From: Octopus bimaculoides
Taxonomy: Eukaryota
Direction: 5' to 3'
DNA: 64,000 nt
Assembly: GCF_001194135.2 (NCBI RefSeq)
Contig: NC_068983.1
Location: 146,547,430 to 146,611,429, forward strand
Shown piece after piece: positions 62,101-64,000 of the stretch. Both the position numbers and the translations under genes were made by a program. Position 1 is the stretch's first letter. Each line of letters opens with the position of its first letter. A model generated the notes under the pieces. That model did no database searches and was not told the origin of the DNA. It saw only the letters and a program-made list of their open reading frames with translations.

Positions 62101-64000
62101 AAACGAAAGAACGATCGAAGAAGCGAAAGAAAGTACGAATGTACGAACGTACGAGAGTATATACGTACGTACGAACGAACCACCGGAAGAAAGATCGAAC
62201 GTATGTACGAACGACCGAACGAACGAATGAAGTAACGTACGTACGTACGTACGAATGAACGAATGATTGTATGCACGTACATACGTACTTAGGTACATAG
62301 GTACGTACGTATGAATGAACGAACGAACGTACATACGTATGTACGAAAACACGAACGAACTATCGTACGTACGTATGTACGTACATATGTACGTACGTAT
62401 GTACGTTCGTATCTACGTGCATGCGAACGAACGAACGAACATACATACGTACGTGCGTACGATGGAACGCACGAACGAACGAACTAAAGGATTAACGAAC
62501 GAACGAACGAATGAACGAAAGAACAAACGAATTAACGAACAAACGTACGTACGTACGAACGAACGAGTGAGCGTACGTTCGTATGAAGGGGAGCACGAAT
62601 GTACGTAAATACGTACATACGAACGAACACACGAACGAACGAAAGAACGAATGGATGAACATACGTACATACGACCGACCGAACGAACGTATGTACAAAC
62701 GAACGAAAGAACGAACGAAGGAACGAATGAACGAACGTACGTACGTAAGTACGAACGAATGAAGAAACGATCAAACGTAAATACGTACGAACGTAAGTAC
62801 GTACGAATGTACGAACGAACGAACGAACAAATTTACATATGAACGAACGATTGAACGATCAAGCAAACGAACGAAAGAACGAATGTATGTACGTACGATC
62901 GAACGAATGAACGAACGAAAGAACGATCGAACGAACGAAGGTATGTACGTGCGTTCGAGCGATCGAACGTACATACGTACGTACGTAAGTACCTACGAAC
63001 AAACGAACGAACGAAGGTACGTACGTGAGTACGTTCGTTCGAATGAACGAAAGAACGAAAGAACGAACGAACGAACGTACGTACGTACGAACGACCGACC
63101 GAACGAATGAACGAATGATCGTACGTACGTATTCACGATCGAACGAACGAACGTACGTAGGTACGTAAGAATGTCTGAATGAACAAAAGAACGAACGAAC
63201 GAAGCAGCGTACGTACGTTCTTACTAACAAACGTAAGTACTACGAACGTACGAACTTACGTACATATGTACGAATGAATGATAGAACGAACGATCGAACG
63301 AACTAACGAATGAACGAACGTACGTACGTATGTGTGAACAAACGAACGAACGTACGTACGTATGCACGTAAATAAGTACGTACATACGAACGAACGAACG
63401 AACATACGTACGTACGTATGAACGAACGAACGTGCGAACGAAAGAAATAATTAACGAACGAACGAACGAATGAACGAAAGAACGAACGAACGAACGAACG
63501 AACGAAAGTACGAAAGTTCGTACGTACGTACGTACAAACGAACGAACGAACGTACGTACCTAAGTACGTCCGTATAAAAGAACGAACGAACGAATGAACA
63601 TACGTACGTACGAACGAACGAACGAACGAACGATCGAAAAAAGAATTAACGAAGGAACGAACGAATGAACGAACGAACGAACGAGCGATCGATCGAACGA
63701 AAGAACGAAATTTCGTACGTACGTACGTGCGAACGAACGAATGAACGAACGAAACCAATGAACGAACGAACGTACGTACGTACGTACGACCGAAAGAACG
63801 AAAGAACTAACAAACGAACGAACGAACGTACGTATGTACGTATGTATGTACGTAAGTACGCAAGTACGAACGAATGAACGAAAGTCCGTACCTTCGTACG
63901 TCCGAACTTACGAACGAACGAACGAATGAACGAACGAAACCAATGAACGCACGACAGAAAGAACGAAAGAACTAACAAACGAACCAACGAACGTACGGAC
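50117..64000. repeat. Large complex satellite of degenerate (TTCG)n and (TACG)n with ~1.35-kb higher-order units and an orientation switch at ~60.6 kb
   Basis: Almost all sequence is TTCG/TACG or a one-step variant (TTTG, TTCA, TATG, TACA, TTCT). Rare words recur at ~1350-bp spacing. The + strand reads TTCG before ~60600 and CGAA after. The array runs off the window end. Confidence 0.97.

Overview
Eukaryotic, AT-rich, microsatellite-rich draft-assembly DNA with 14 N-gaps. The repeat families suggest a coleoid cephalopod, probably Octopus (inference, not verified). One host gene is well supported: a four-exon Universal Stress Protein (USP) gene on the minus strand. Its CDS exons are 32162-32057, 21720-21640, 12099-12017 and 3544-3332; all introns are GT-AG (8.5-10.3 kb), giving 160 aa with an intact G-2x-G-9x-GS motif. 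The introns and the upstream region hold nested, mostly decayed transposons: mariner, piggyBac (transposase copy plus a MITE), hAT and Tc1 MITEs, Helitron, Penelope, RTE, RTEX-like, R4/Dong-like and CRE-like LINEs, tRNA-derived SINEs and a non-autonomous LTR element. Several junctions can be reconstructed exactly from target-site duplications (TSDs). The last ~14 kb (50117 to the window end) is a CpG-saturated (TTCG)/(TACG) satellite. It has a ~1.35-kb higher-order period, flips strand at ~60.6 kb, and is fused to an open 298-aa ORF resembling a LINE ORF1. Other notable items are a candidate hammerhead-ribozyme core on the USP pre-mRNA strand paired with an inverted partial copy, six long fold-back palindromes, a pile-up of R4-like LINEs at (TAA)n tracts, and a dimeric SINE with one 14-bp TSD. 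No CRISPR arrays, rRNA or true tRNA genes were seen. All comparisons were made by eye; no database searches were run.
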